A stretch of 64,000 nucleotides of DNA from Amoebophrya sp. A120 (Eukaryota > Protista > Dinoflagellata), in assembly GCA_905178155.1 (NCBI GenBank), contig CAJINV010000023.1:455610-519609 (forward strand), written 5' to 3'. The position numbers were made by a program, and so were the translations under genes. The notes under the pieces are model-generated. The model was not told where the DNA came from. It did not search any database and saw only the letters and a program-made list of their open reading frames with translations. Shown here one piece after another: positions 25,506 to 37,160 of this stretch (positions within the stretch are counted from its first letter, which is position 1; each line of letters opens with the position of its first letter).

Positions 25506-28500
25506 ATGGGTGTGCCCGGTTCCGGAGGTTCCGGCCCGGGAAGGTCTGGCTCGGATGAGGCGGGACGACCCGGCTTTGGGTACCCTGTGTAAAAACGTCA
25601 CCACCCCAGAGTTATCATGCAGATTTGCAATGACAAGAACTGAACATTTGTGATGCGCACCCCCATGTCAACATGACTACAGGCATTTTCAATCGTGTTT
25701 GGGAATTTGTATATGCTCTAAACGGATAAGCAGATGGATTTGTAATGCGGCTGTCCTTGCTACCTTGCACTACCTTACGGACTGCAACCTGTCATGCGTG
25801 ATTCCCATAACTCCTAGGTTTGTGTTGCAAAGTCCCCATCTTGACTCTGGGGTGGGGACGTTTTTACTCAGGATATTGGGGCGCGTGTCGCCAAGGCTGT
25901 GCTGCTTTGCGTGTACATCTTCCTTGGCGTATCAACTAGAAAAATTCCCCCACCCCATATCGAAAACGAAATTTGTGATGGTCTATTTGAGTACACAAAT
26001 CGACTTGTAATGCTAGAAGGCCAAGAGCCGCAGTTATGGCCTCGTTTGCAGGCAATTTGTCATGCTGTTTCCCACTTCCAGTTGCTTCCTGTCATGCTGA
26101 AGATGCAAGGATATGGGGAGGGGGGATTTTTCTTCTTGATATGGCGCGTCTATGATGTTGTCCGTGGAGATCACGAAGAGCGTATGCGTTGCAAATATGC
26201 CTGGGTCTGGAAGAGGGTCACTTGTCATGCTACATCTGGATCGTGGAAAAATTTGTGTTGCATCATTGCCAAAAGAGGTCCACTTTTGAACAAGTTTACA
26301 GGCAGTTTCTCATGCAGAAAAGGCATGAAAAAGATCTCACAGAACCTATCATGCCAGGCCGTGCATGCCAGTCCGCGTGGGTCATGGAAAACCTGCATGA
26401 CAAACCTGGCAATCTTCCAGACCCAAACATTTTTGCATTTGATAGAGCGCGAAAACCAACAAAATTGAATACAGCACGCAACAGGCCGTCCTTATGAACT
26501 GCAAAAGTATCGTACTCGTACTAGACCACTACGCCGGCGTCCAGGACGCCGGCGATAGGTGGCCTAGTAAATCTAAACGCAACTACCAAGCAAACTAACA
26601 ACAAAGAGGAGAAAACTTGGAGAGCGTTGGGCTGAAGACTAGTCGGAAGAAGCCTGCTCTTGGGAATCTGCTAGCGGAAACGCGGCCACTATTCGAAGCC
26701 CTTCGGGCCGCGGTTTTAGCATGACAAAACGGGCCCGCACTTGCTACTGAAGCCTTTCACTAGTAGAGGCCCACATTAGTAGACGCGCGCGCCTTCGCTT
26801 GCGGGGCTTCTTCCTAACAAGCTCGCCCCCGCCCGACCCGGCCGTCGGCCTTGGCCTTGGCCTAATCCCCCGCTTTTGGGCTGCCCGCCTGATCTCTAGA
26901 GGAGGCCTCTCCCCAGATCTCTCCCCAGATCTCTCCCCAGATATCTCCCCAGATATCTCCCCAGATATCTCCCCAGATATATCCCCAGATATATCCCCAG
27001 ATATATCCCCAGATATATCCCCAGATATATCCCCAGATATATCCCCAGATATATCCCCAGATATATCCCCAGAGCGTTGTGAGTGCCCTTGCCCTTTTGG
27101 CGGGAAAGGCCGCCCTTTTCGTTTTGCATGCGTGCCGAGTTTCATCGCCCCCCCCTACCCCCCCAAATGGGGCCGGTGTTTGGGTGTAGCCGGAATAGGC
27201 CTGCCAAAAACCGGCCGGACCGCCCGCAGGGAGGACACACCTGCAGGATTTTTGTTCCCCGCGATGCCATTTTTTTCTTACGCGTGTTCACTTAGAAGCT
27301 TCCCTTAGGGGCTCCCTTAAGGAAAGTTTCTAGATGCCCTTTTTTCTAGAATTCTTTTTCTAAGGGCGCCCCTATAATCTATAAGGGCTAAAAATCCGAG
27401 TAAAAATTCTATAGTTCTATTTTATAAATGCATTACAAATTTCCTCAGCATGAGAAATAAAATTGGTAATGCTGATTTGCCTTCAGAAAAAAATTTGTGA
27501 TGCAAGACTTGCATTTATACGAGTGCGATGCTTTTGCATTGGATAGTCCTGGCGATCGAGGCACTGAAACTCGCAATTTGCTACCTACTCATTCACTATC
27601 AAATGCAAAGCTGTCTGGGTCTGGAAGGTTGAACCTGTATTGCATGTTTCGCAATTCTAAAAAACCTGTATTGCATAAGCAGCAAATAAAGCGCCACATT
27701 TTCGTGATGTTACAAAAGCGCAGTTTGTCATGCGTTCTGCGCATGAGAATAAAGCGTTTGAAACATTTGTCATGCTGCGCTGCACTTACGGGCGCAGTCA
27801 ATCATGACCATTCAGCATTACAAGTGTCCAGACATCCAGGGATATTTGCAATCCATATTCACTTCGGGCCCGCAATCCTCCACAGTTTCGACGCCGACGG
27901 AGGGTCGTCTACTTACGAGTTCGACAAGGATCAAACTTCGTGGCGAAACTGGTTTCGATACGGCGGCCCTGCCTTGTGTTACGTATCAAATGCAAAAATG
28001 TCTGGGTCTGGAAGATTCCGAGATTTGTCATGCAGTTTTTCCAAGCTCCCCCACGTCTGGAATGCAGGGCCTAGCATCACAGGTTCTGCAGCTCCTTGGT
28101 GATGCGTATTCTGCATGAGAAATGCCCTCTCAGCATGGCCAGAAGTAGGGACCTTTTGCACGTTATGCATCACAGATCTCTGTGGGATCCGAAACACGCA
28201 TCACAAGTTCGGATCCTTCCAGACCCAGACATTTTTACATTTGATATTACGCACTGCAGAACAACGTGAACATCTACGCCATTTCCCTGCTCGGCGCGCA
28301 CGTTTTTTCTCTTTTGTGCTATGGATCGCAAAAATGTCCGCGTCTGGAAGATTGCAGCTTGTAATGCTGTCTTTGGATTCCAAAAAAATCTGTATTGCAT
28401 GAGCAGCAACTGGACTCCAGTTTGTGTTACGCGGAGAGGGCATTTCCCATGCGGAATAGGCATTAGGGAGCCCTCTAAAAATCTGCGTTGCTAGATCATG

Positions 28501-31500
28501 CATTAGAGGCATCAATGATCATACAAAATATGCATGACAAGTCTGCATTCTTCCAGACCCAGACACTTTTGCATTTGATCTGTGCAACGGCAAGCTGATG
28601 TTTTCCGCCGTGTTTGCAAGGGTTATCAAATGTAAAAATGTCTGGGTCTGGAAGGATGCAAGGTTTGTCATGCAGGTTTTCCGTGACCCATGAGGTCTGG
28701 AATGCGAGACCCAGCATGACAGATTCTCTGAGGTCTCTCGCATGCCTTTCCTGCAGGAGAAACTCCCTCTCAACTTGGTCAAAAGCGGACAGCTTTTGGT
28801 ATTGACGCAACAAAGATTTTTGCATCATTCAGATCTAGCATGACAAGTTTTAATCTTCCAGACCCAGACATTTTTACAATCCATAAGGGTGTTGCTCAAG
28901 CAGAAGTTCTCCGAGGTCCAGTGGTTGGCCATTTTTCTGCTGCTCCTTTCCATCGTCATCTCGCAGATGATATCAAATGCAAATGCGTCTGGGTCTGGGA
29001 CGAGATTGCGAGATTTGTCATGCTAGTCTGGCATGACTCTGAACTCTGTATTGCGTGCCCGCGAAGGGGTCCTCTTGTCTGTAGTCATGCAAACACGCAA
29101 TTTCTCATGCGGAGTGCGCAACTCTAAACCACGGAAAAACTTGTCGTGCTGAGGAGCGCATCACAGTGTTCTGACTATTCCCTCCCCTGCATCACAAGTT
29201 TCCAGACCCAGACATATTTGCAGTGCATAGATGAAATTTTTGCTCCAGATCGGCACCGAAACTTGCCCGCTGCAGCGGCTTCTGCGTGATATGGCGTTCT
29301 CAAATGTTACATTCTCAACTGTTACATGAGTTTGTAATGCAAGGACGGCAAAAAGTGAATGGGGGAAGCTTGCGCCTTTTGCATTACAGATTTGGCACTG
29401 ATTTACATGCTGTTTAGCCCCTTCGGAGATTTGTCATGCGAAGCAGCTTAATGGTGGCGATCTTGGACTTGGTGGCAAATTTGCATGACAAATCATGTAA
29501 GAATGTAGCATTTGAGAATCCCATACGTGAGGTGGATAATTTGGATCTTTTCTATAGTTCTGCTGCAGGAACTGGAACTGGAACTACACCATCATCAACG
29601 GACCACGACCACGACCACATCGACAGTTCCTCTTATTTCCCGTTTTATTTTTCCCGCAATTTTTTCCATCCCCTTCACTCTTCCCTCGGGGAAGTTGTAC
29701 ATGAACTAGCTCCATCATCAACGACAAGAAATCTCGACGTTCTTCAGAGTTCTTCTGTGGAGGTTGTCGTGCCCACAAGAACATCAATAAACCCCGCCGC
29801 TGCACCAGCGCTCGCCTCTTCATCTTCTCTGATGTTGTCACCAGCAGTGGCACGACTAGCGGAAGGAGGTAGTTCTCTAATAACTGCAGCTACTACCGCC
29901 GGGATCACAATGCTGGCAAACAGGAGTGCAGCACCCCGCCGTCTCCTGCCGACTACACGACAGCACGGCGAGCAGCCGGAAGGTACAAGTAAAACTACAA
30001 GTTTATTTTCTGAGGAAATACAACCACTCAGCGGAGGTGGAACGACAGAAGAGGAGTTAGCTTGGTGGCCTTTCTTGGAGCTTGGTGGCCTTTCTTGGAG
30101 GGGTAGTCTGGTGGAGGCGTGCGCCCTGAACAAGAGGGCGGAGTGCCTCCGAAAAGTAGCGAGCTGGAATAAGCTTAAATGGCGAGCACGCCGCGAGACT
30201 CGCACGTGCATGCGAAGTAGACAACTGGCACAGAAAGACTTTCGCTGCTTTGGCTGCAAGCACGTCCACGGCGCTACAAAGGTGCCGCACCTGTTGCCCG
30301 CGCGCGGGCGCTGTGTGAAGTTGCGGCCACCCTAGGTGGCCGCCTACGTTAAGGCGTGGCGCCGCGCCCCCCCCGGGGGACGCAGAGCGGCGCATTCACT
30401 TTGAACAGCCGCCCTGGTCTGCAGAGAGTCAAAAGACTTGCAGACCATAAGCTTTAGGCCCCAGCTGGCTTCGCTCCTACTTTAAGACACAGGCACTGCG
30501 CGCAGGCGGGCGAACTGCATTGGGGGGGCGGTTCCGGTAGAGGTTCAGGGAGAGGGTCCGGGAGAGGGTCGGGGAGAGGGTCAGAGAGGTTCCGGGAGAG
30601 GGTCCGGGAAAGGTTCGGAGAGGGTCGCGAAGAGGGTCCGGGAGAGGGTCGGAGAGGTCCCGAGAGGGTCCGCCGAGAGGTAGAGTAGAGGTTCCCGGAG
30701 AGGGTCGCGGTAGAGGGTCGCATAGAGGGTCGCCCTATATTGTGGAACCTCTCCGACCCTCTATGCGACCCTCTACCGCGACCCTCTACTCTCATGATTG
30801 CCAAACTCGTCATGATTGCTCTTTCCAAAAATGTCCGCCACTGTCGTTCCTCGCTGATGACCATGCCTTCCAATCCCCCTTTTTTTTATCCAACAAAAAG
30901 CTTTGTTTTGGGCTAGTCAGCTTGGACGCCAGGGCACAAGGAGACAGGTATAGTGACACAGCCGCCAAGACATAGCAGAGGCGAACGGAGTCGAAGACAG
31001 CGCCAGCCTCTTGGGTGCCCGCTTTCTTTGCGTAGCAAGATCGTGCGCACCCTGGCTGTGTCTTCCCAAGCGTGACGGGGTGGAGCGATTACGTACCTAC
31101 GAGGATGAGGAGCCTCGGCTTGCTAATACATCATTGCGGACGGCCCCGCATTGATGTCGGACAAGTCCCGAAGACGCATGTTGATCACGTTGAACCGCGG
31201 CGGAGGAGGAGATGAGCAGAGACCTAACTTAATCCTCCTTGAACACTAGGATCTGCACTACTTCTCTTTGCTTATGGTTTATAGTTGATCTCATACTAAA
31301 AAAAAGGTGGAACGACAGAAGAGGAGTTAGCTCGTGCCAAAGGTGGAGGACGTAGAAGAACTTCTTCTCCAGCCGGTGCAAAGAAACAAGGAGAAGAGGA
31401 GAAATTTGATGAGCAGGTTTCTCCACGTTTTTATCAACTACCCTCGTCCTCCGCGACGAAGTGGAGCGAGACGAGCTCCAATAGTAAAAGTAAAACCAGG

Positions 31501-34500
31501 ACGAGAGATGGTACGGCTAGCAGAACAACAGGAGAACAGCCGGGCAGCACAAAAAGCATCGGAGGTAGTAGAAGTACAGCGACGCTAATATCAAATAGCG
31601 TCGTCGACGAGGTGCAAGAACAGCCTGCAAATTATAACTCCTCGCCAGCTTTTGTCGGAGAAGATGTTGTATCAAGTGCAAAAGTATCGTACTCGTAGTA
31701 ATTGCATTTATGCATTACAAATCTCTTTCTCAAGGTCAATCAGCATTGCAAATTCAATTTGTAATGCTGGGGGAATTTGTAATGCAATTTATACTAGTAC
31801 GATGCTTTGCATTGCATATGTTGTTTCTGGGCGCCGCCGCGTAGCCGCGGAGGTATCAAATGCAAAAATGTCTGGGTCTGGAAGAATGCAACTTGTGATG
31901 CTGAATTTGGATTCCAAAAAAATCTGTATTGCATGAGCAGCAAAGGGAATGTAATTTCTGCTACGCGGAGAGGGCATTTGTCATGCGGAATAGGCATTGC
32001 GAAGCCCTCAAAAAATCTGTGGTGCTAGGGCATGCATCACAGACATCATTGCCCATGCAAAACATGCATGACATTGTCATGACAAGTCTCAGAATCTTCC
32101 AGACCCAGACACTTTTGCATTTGATAGGAGGACGCTGATGGCAAAGGTGAAAGTAAGGAGCATATTAAGCAGGATAAGAATCCCATGCAGGGAAAAAAGT
32201 GTTAATACAGTTACACGTTTGCAATGCAGTTGAATGCAGCATCACAATAAGTTTGCCTCGCATGACGGAGAAAACTTGTAAAAATGCAGAGATCATAAGG
32301 CAAAGCTATACACACACGAAACGAGACTCGCAAGCATTTTGCGCATAACAGAGGTCGTCTGTCTATGTCTTGCGTGTTTTGCATACACTTCTACGTGTGT
32401 AGTAAGTGTAACATTTTTTTCTTTGCATAAATACTCAGCAGCAGGACCACGAGGTCGTCCACCACGGAGGTGCTGATGCACCGGACAACAGGCAAAAGCA
32501 AGAACATATCATAACGCAGCTGCAGGAGCCATTAACAAAGAACTACGAGCAGGGACCCGGCGCCGGCCGCGACGGGAAAATAAAAAGTCCCGCCGGTTCC
32601 ACCTCCCCGCGGGACGAAGATCGCGAGGAAGTTGCAAACTTGCTCTTGGGGCTTCCTCTCCTACTCGTTTCCACCGTTCTCTCCGGGTTCTATGCTGAGC
32701 AAAAACGCGGCCCACGCCCCAGAGTCGAGTAGATCCGGGTTTTGCAACACAAATCCAGGAGTTTTGGGAGTGATGCATGACAAGTTTGTCTTTGTAGTGT
32801 AGTGCAGGCTAGCAAGCGCAAACGCATCACAAAGCCGTCTCCTTATCCTGTTTCGAGCATCAGAAATTCCAAAACACGATTGCAAGAAATGCTTCTCATG
32901 CAGATGCGCCTTACAAATGTGCCGCTCATTGGAATTCTGCATTACAACTCTGGGCGGGCGGTGGTGGCGTTTTTACAAATGATAGGCTCGCGGGCATCCT
33001 CAACGAGTGGCTATTGAAAGCGGTCGACGAGTATGACATGCTCATTTGTGTTGCATGACGAGCATGACAGACTCGGACAACATTCCACTTTCTGCAATAC
33101 AAATTTCGCCAGATACAACTTGTAGTGCGGTTTGGGACCACTCCGGAACTTGTCATGCGCAATCCTATCAGAGTTGGCTACATAATGCACCTCTTGCATC
33201 ACAGATTTCGATATTCTATGGTAACCGATTTGAGATTGTAACAGCACTTGAGCAGGTTATAACGAGGACGTGACTTTTTTGCGCAAAAATGTGTATACCT
33301 ACCAGTGGGGCTGCCTCTTCAACTCCGGCGCGGCGGTCCTGCCCCTGCTTTACCAGGCTTGGGGTGCGTATGAACTGCAAAAGTATCGCACTCGTATTTT
33401 TGCAATCATGCATGACAAATCGTTTTGTTACAGGTACATCCGCATTACAAATTTTGTTTCTCATGCGGAGAAAATTTGTAATGCATTTCTAGGAGTATCA
33501 GATACTTTTGCAGTTCATAGTGCGGCCACATCAACAACTCCAGCATCTCCTGCAGCAATTCTATATCAAATGCAAAAATCCCTGGATGTCTGGAAGAGTG
33601 CTCGACTTGTCATGCAGCTTTTCCATCACCCATGACGTCTGGAATGCAGGACCTAGCATGACAGATTCTGTGCGATCTCTCTCATGCCTATCCTGTCGAT
33701 GAGAAACTCCCTCCCGACTTGGTCAACAAAACTGGACGACTTTTGGTAATCATGCAACACAGATTTTTGCATGCTTCAGATTTAGCATGACAAGTTGCAT
33801 TCTTCCAGACATCCAGGGACTTTTACATTTGATATTCTAGTACCCGGTCGTAGTTCCCAGACTGGAGGACCTCCCGCGGCGGGTCGTGACCAAGAACCCG
33901 AGCAGGAGCTTCAGCCCTACTTAGTGAATTTACCCGGTACCGCGTGGCCCTACATTTTGACCAATGTCGCCCTGGGCCTCAGCGTGAGTGGCATCCTGAT
34001 ATGAATTGCAAAAGTATCGTACTCGTATAAATGCATATACAAATTTCCTCAGCATGAGAAATAAAATTTGTAATGCAGATCTGCCTTGGGAACAAGATCT
34101 GTAATGCAAGACTTGCATTTATACGAGTGCGATACTTTCGCACAGGATACCTGAAGTATTACGACAACATCGTGAAAAATTTCGCGAACGTCGGGGTGAT
34201 GTTGCTGGTGAGCTTCGTCTATCAACTGCAAATAGGTCTGGGTTAACTGGAAGGATGCGAACTTGTCATGCACGTTTTGCATGAGCCATGATCGATCTGT
34301 GACGTAGTACGCCCTAGCATCAGAGAGTTTTTTAGGGCGTCCTCTTGATGCCTATCCCGCACTACAAATGCCCACCTCTTCGCGTATCAAGAGTTGGACT
34401 CCTTCTGCGGCTCATGCAATACAGATTTTTTTAGAATCCAAACCCAGCATCACAAGTTGCACTCTTCTAGACATCCAGGGATGCTTGCATTTGATATCGT

Positions 34501-35229
34501 CTCCTGGCTCGTGTTCGCGAAGAAAATTGACGCGGGCTTCGTGTTATATGAAAATGAAAAATCCCCCCTCCCCATACCGAAAGGGAGATTTGTGTAGCAT
34601 GATTTGTGACCACAAATCATGTTGTCATGCTAGAAGGGAAGAGATGCGGATTGTAGTGCTGGCTGGCGTAGGAAAGCCTTGCGCCTTTAGCATGACACAA
34701 AGCAACTGGAAACGGAAAACAGCATGACAAATTGCCTGCAAACGAGGGAGCAGCTGCGTCTCTTGGCCTTCTAGCAACACAATTCGATTTGTGTACTCAA
34801 ATACAGCAACACAAATTTCATTTTGGATATGGGGAGGGGGGATTTGTCCTCACAATATGTTAGGATTTTTAGTCTACACCGTGGCCAGCTACGAGTACGT
34901 CCGATTCCCCGAGGATCCGGAAGCAGCGATGAAAAAAAATAGGAAAACCGACCACGAACCTGTCCCAACCGCCGAGGAGGCAGTCGACGAGGAGGAGGAC
35001 GACAGCCAAGTAATAATATGAATTGCAAAACAAGTATCGTACTCGTCCTCGTCGTATAAATGCATTACAAATTATTTCCTCAGCACGAGAAATGGAATTC
35101 GTCATGCTGATTTGCCTTGGCAACAAGATTTGTAATGCAAGTAGACTTGCATTTTTTATACGAGTGCGATACTTTTCTTGCACGGGATAAATAGAAGTGG
35201 ACGTCGAGGACTCGGTATCCGACAAGTAG
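25506..35229 (+). CDS. SLC35A-family nucleotide-sugar transporter with ~400-aa hydrophilic loop; 21 introners plus one 1.27-kb insertion
   Basis: Reconstructed motifs: YSTQQAVLAIEALK, PALCYALQNN, KLMFSAVFARVLLKQKFSEVQWLAI, LSGFAGILNEWLLK, GLSVSGILKYYDNIVKNFA; TAG 35227-35229. Continuity requires removal of 30037-31306; otherwise it stops at 30335. Confidence 0.8.
26521..27424 (-). mobile_element. Non-autonomous Helitron-like element (family 1) nested in a family C introner
   Basis: Reverse-complement ends match 13762-15221 (TAAAATAGAACTATAGAATTTT...; same hairpin + CTAG); (ATCTCCCCAGAT/ATATCCCCAGAT)n array ~26907-27073. Confidence 0.75.
30063..31304 (+). mobile_element. 1.24-kb insertion with short A-tail and 28-bp target-site duplication inside a coding exon
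   Basis: aggtggaacgacagaagaggagttagct at 30035-30062 and 31305-31332; A-run 31298-31305; internal gagagggtc-type repeats ~30530-30790. Confidence 0.8.
33032..33261. mobile_element. Introner family H (3 copies; others ~38458 and 43499-44721)
   Basis: Ends TAT(G/A)AC(A/C)TGCTC / GAGCAGGTTATA with subterminal GTTACAATCTCAAATCGGTTACCAT; repeat acgag. Confidence 0.85.
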
Positions 35230-35780
35230 GAAAAGCTCGCTGTGTATCAAATGCAAAAATGTCTGGGTCTGCAAGGTTGGAATTTGTGATGCTAACTTTG
35301 GATGCTAAAAAAATCTGTATTGCATGACCAGCAAGAGGATCCCAGTTTATGCTACGCGGGGAGGGCATTTGTCATGCGGGGTAGGCATCAGGAAGGCCTC
35401 TAAAAATATGTGATGCTAGATCATGCATTACAGACATCTGAGTCATGCAAAATATGCATGACAAACCTGGAAAGCTTCCAGACCCAGACACTTTTGCAAT
35501 GCATACTGTGGCTCCTGTGGCTTATATGACTAGCAGTTTTAACAACTGCAGCTGCACCCTTGAAAATGTATATAATATCTTCCTACTTCTACACAGAATA
35601 GTTGTGTATCAGGTAATATTCAATGTTGTAGCGGGAGGCTATACGGTAATCCGTATGCGGAATGGTTGATATTTAAAAAAATACAAAAAAAAGGCGCGCA
35701 AAATAAATTATTTACAGCTTTCGGCAAATACAACTTTGTTGATGACCTGATATTCTTTCGCGACGTGTCAGGTTCCTGTT

Positions 35781-36810
35781 TTAAACGAGGAGGCAAAGTC
35801 CTCCCGGGTAGTTTTTCTCAGTCCTCCCGGGTAGTGTGCCCAACTCTGTGCCCGCCGTCCCACGTCACCGTCGCCCTGTGTTCAGGCGTTATTCGCGGTC
35901 CTTTGCGTACGTCTGCCCTGCTCCGGGCCGCGCACTTGTGGTTGACCCCGCGCCGAGGCCTATGCGGCACTACTAGTTCACTTCGGCCGCGTATTTGCGG
36001 TTGACCCTGCGCAGAGGCCTAGACGGCGCCACTGGTTCACTTCAGCCGCACGGGCTCCATGAATGTGTTGCGGCTTGGGACGAAAGGACACCACGGCGAG
36101 CTCCCTGCCTGCGGCAGCGGGGCCGACTGCGCGGCGGGCCCCCGCTGCGTTTCCCCTGTTGCGGGCGCGGAGCGATGTACGCGACAAGAGCCCTTGCATG
36201 CGAGTGGGAAAGGAAGGCGGGGGACCCCGAACAACACGGGGGCCCCCCGCGACCAGGTGAAAAAGGCGGGGGGCCCCCTTGGGTACCAAAGGCGGAGGCC
36301 GGGGGCCCCCCGCGCGCGGGAGAGAAAGGCGTGGGGCCCCCTTGGGTGCCCCCGGCCTCCAAAGGTGGAGGCCGAGGGCCCCCTGCGGGCGGGAGAAATT
36401 TACCGCGGAGAAGGACGGGGCCCCCCCCGGCCTCCGGCGGGCGGCCCGGCTGGGAGAAGGGCGGGGGCCCCCTGCGGAGGCGGAAGCGCGGGGGCCCCCT
36501 GCGGACGCGGGATGCCCAGCGGGCGGTAAGGCGGGACGGAGGCGGGGGCCCCCTGTTTCACCAGGCAGGCGGCCCGGGAGAAGGGCGGGGGCCCCCTGTG
36601 GAGGCGGAAGGGCGGGGCCCCCTGCGGACGCGGGATACGCAGCGGGTGAGAGGGCGGGAGGCGGGGGCCCCCTGCTTTCCCCGATGGTATGCGCGACACA
36701 AAAATAGTAACACTCATCGTAGCATCGTGAATACAAATCTAGGCCTCAGCACGTACCGGCCTCTCTTTATTAAACGAGGAGGCAAAGTCCTCCCGGGTAG
36801 TTTTTCTCAG
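35781..36810. mobile_element. GC-rich ~950-bp insert flanked by 41-bp direct repeats
   Basis: ttaaacgaggaggcaaagtcctcccgggtagtttttctcag at 35781-35821 and 36770-36810; interior has recurrent GGGGCCCC palindromes. Confidence 0.7.
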
Positions 36811-37160
36811 GTCTAAGCTGCAAACTGAATCTGTAGTGCCTCTGATTGATTTAGCCGCAGAGTAAGTATGTTTAATATTCTTGAAGTAGCGCTAGCGTCG
36901 TGGTGAGAAGAAAGCACAGCTTTCATTTTTCACCGGAAGAACGCCAACGACTTCCATTCAGAACAAACAAACAAAGGTCAGCAGTGATTGTTTCTTTACT
37001 GTTTAGTGAATTCATTTGAACATTTCATTTTCGGCAATTTTTTTGAGTGTAGTTGCGCAGTTGGATATTTATATTGTCATACATCTTGTTGTAGATGTTG
37101 AACTTCTTCTTCTACTCTCCGCGACTTTGGTGTAGTGAAATGCAAATGCTGGCAATAAAG

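Noticed and set aside
26799-27308. PDIS/SGDI-repeat proteins (also 14309-14760) and GP-rich ORFs at 35978-36816 and 58660-59734
   Set aside because: Stop-free frames produced by 12-bp or GC-rich tandem repeats within non-coding inserts.
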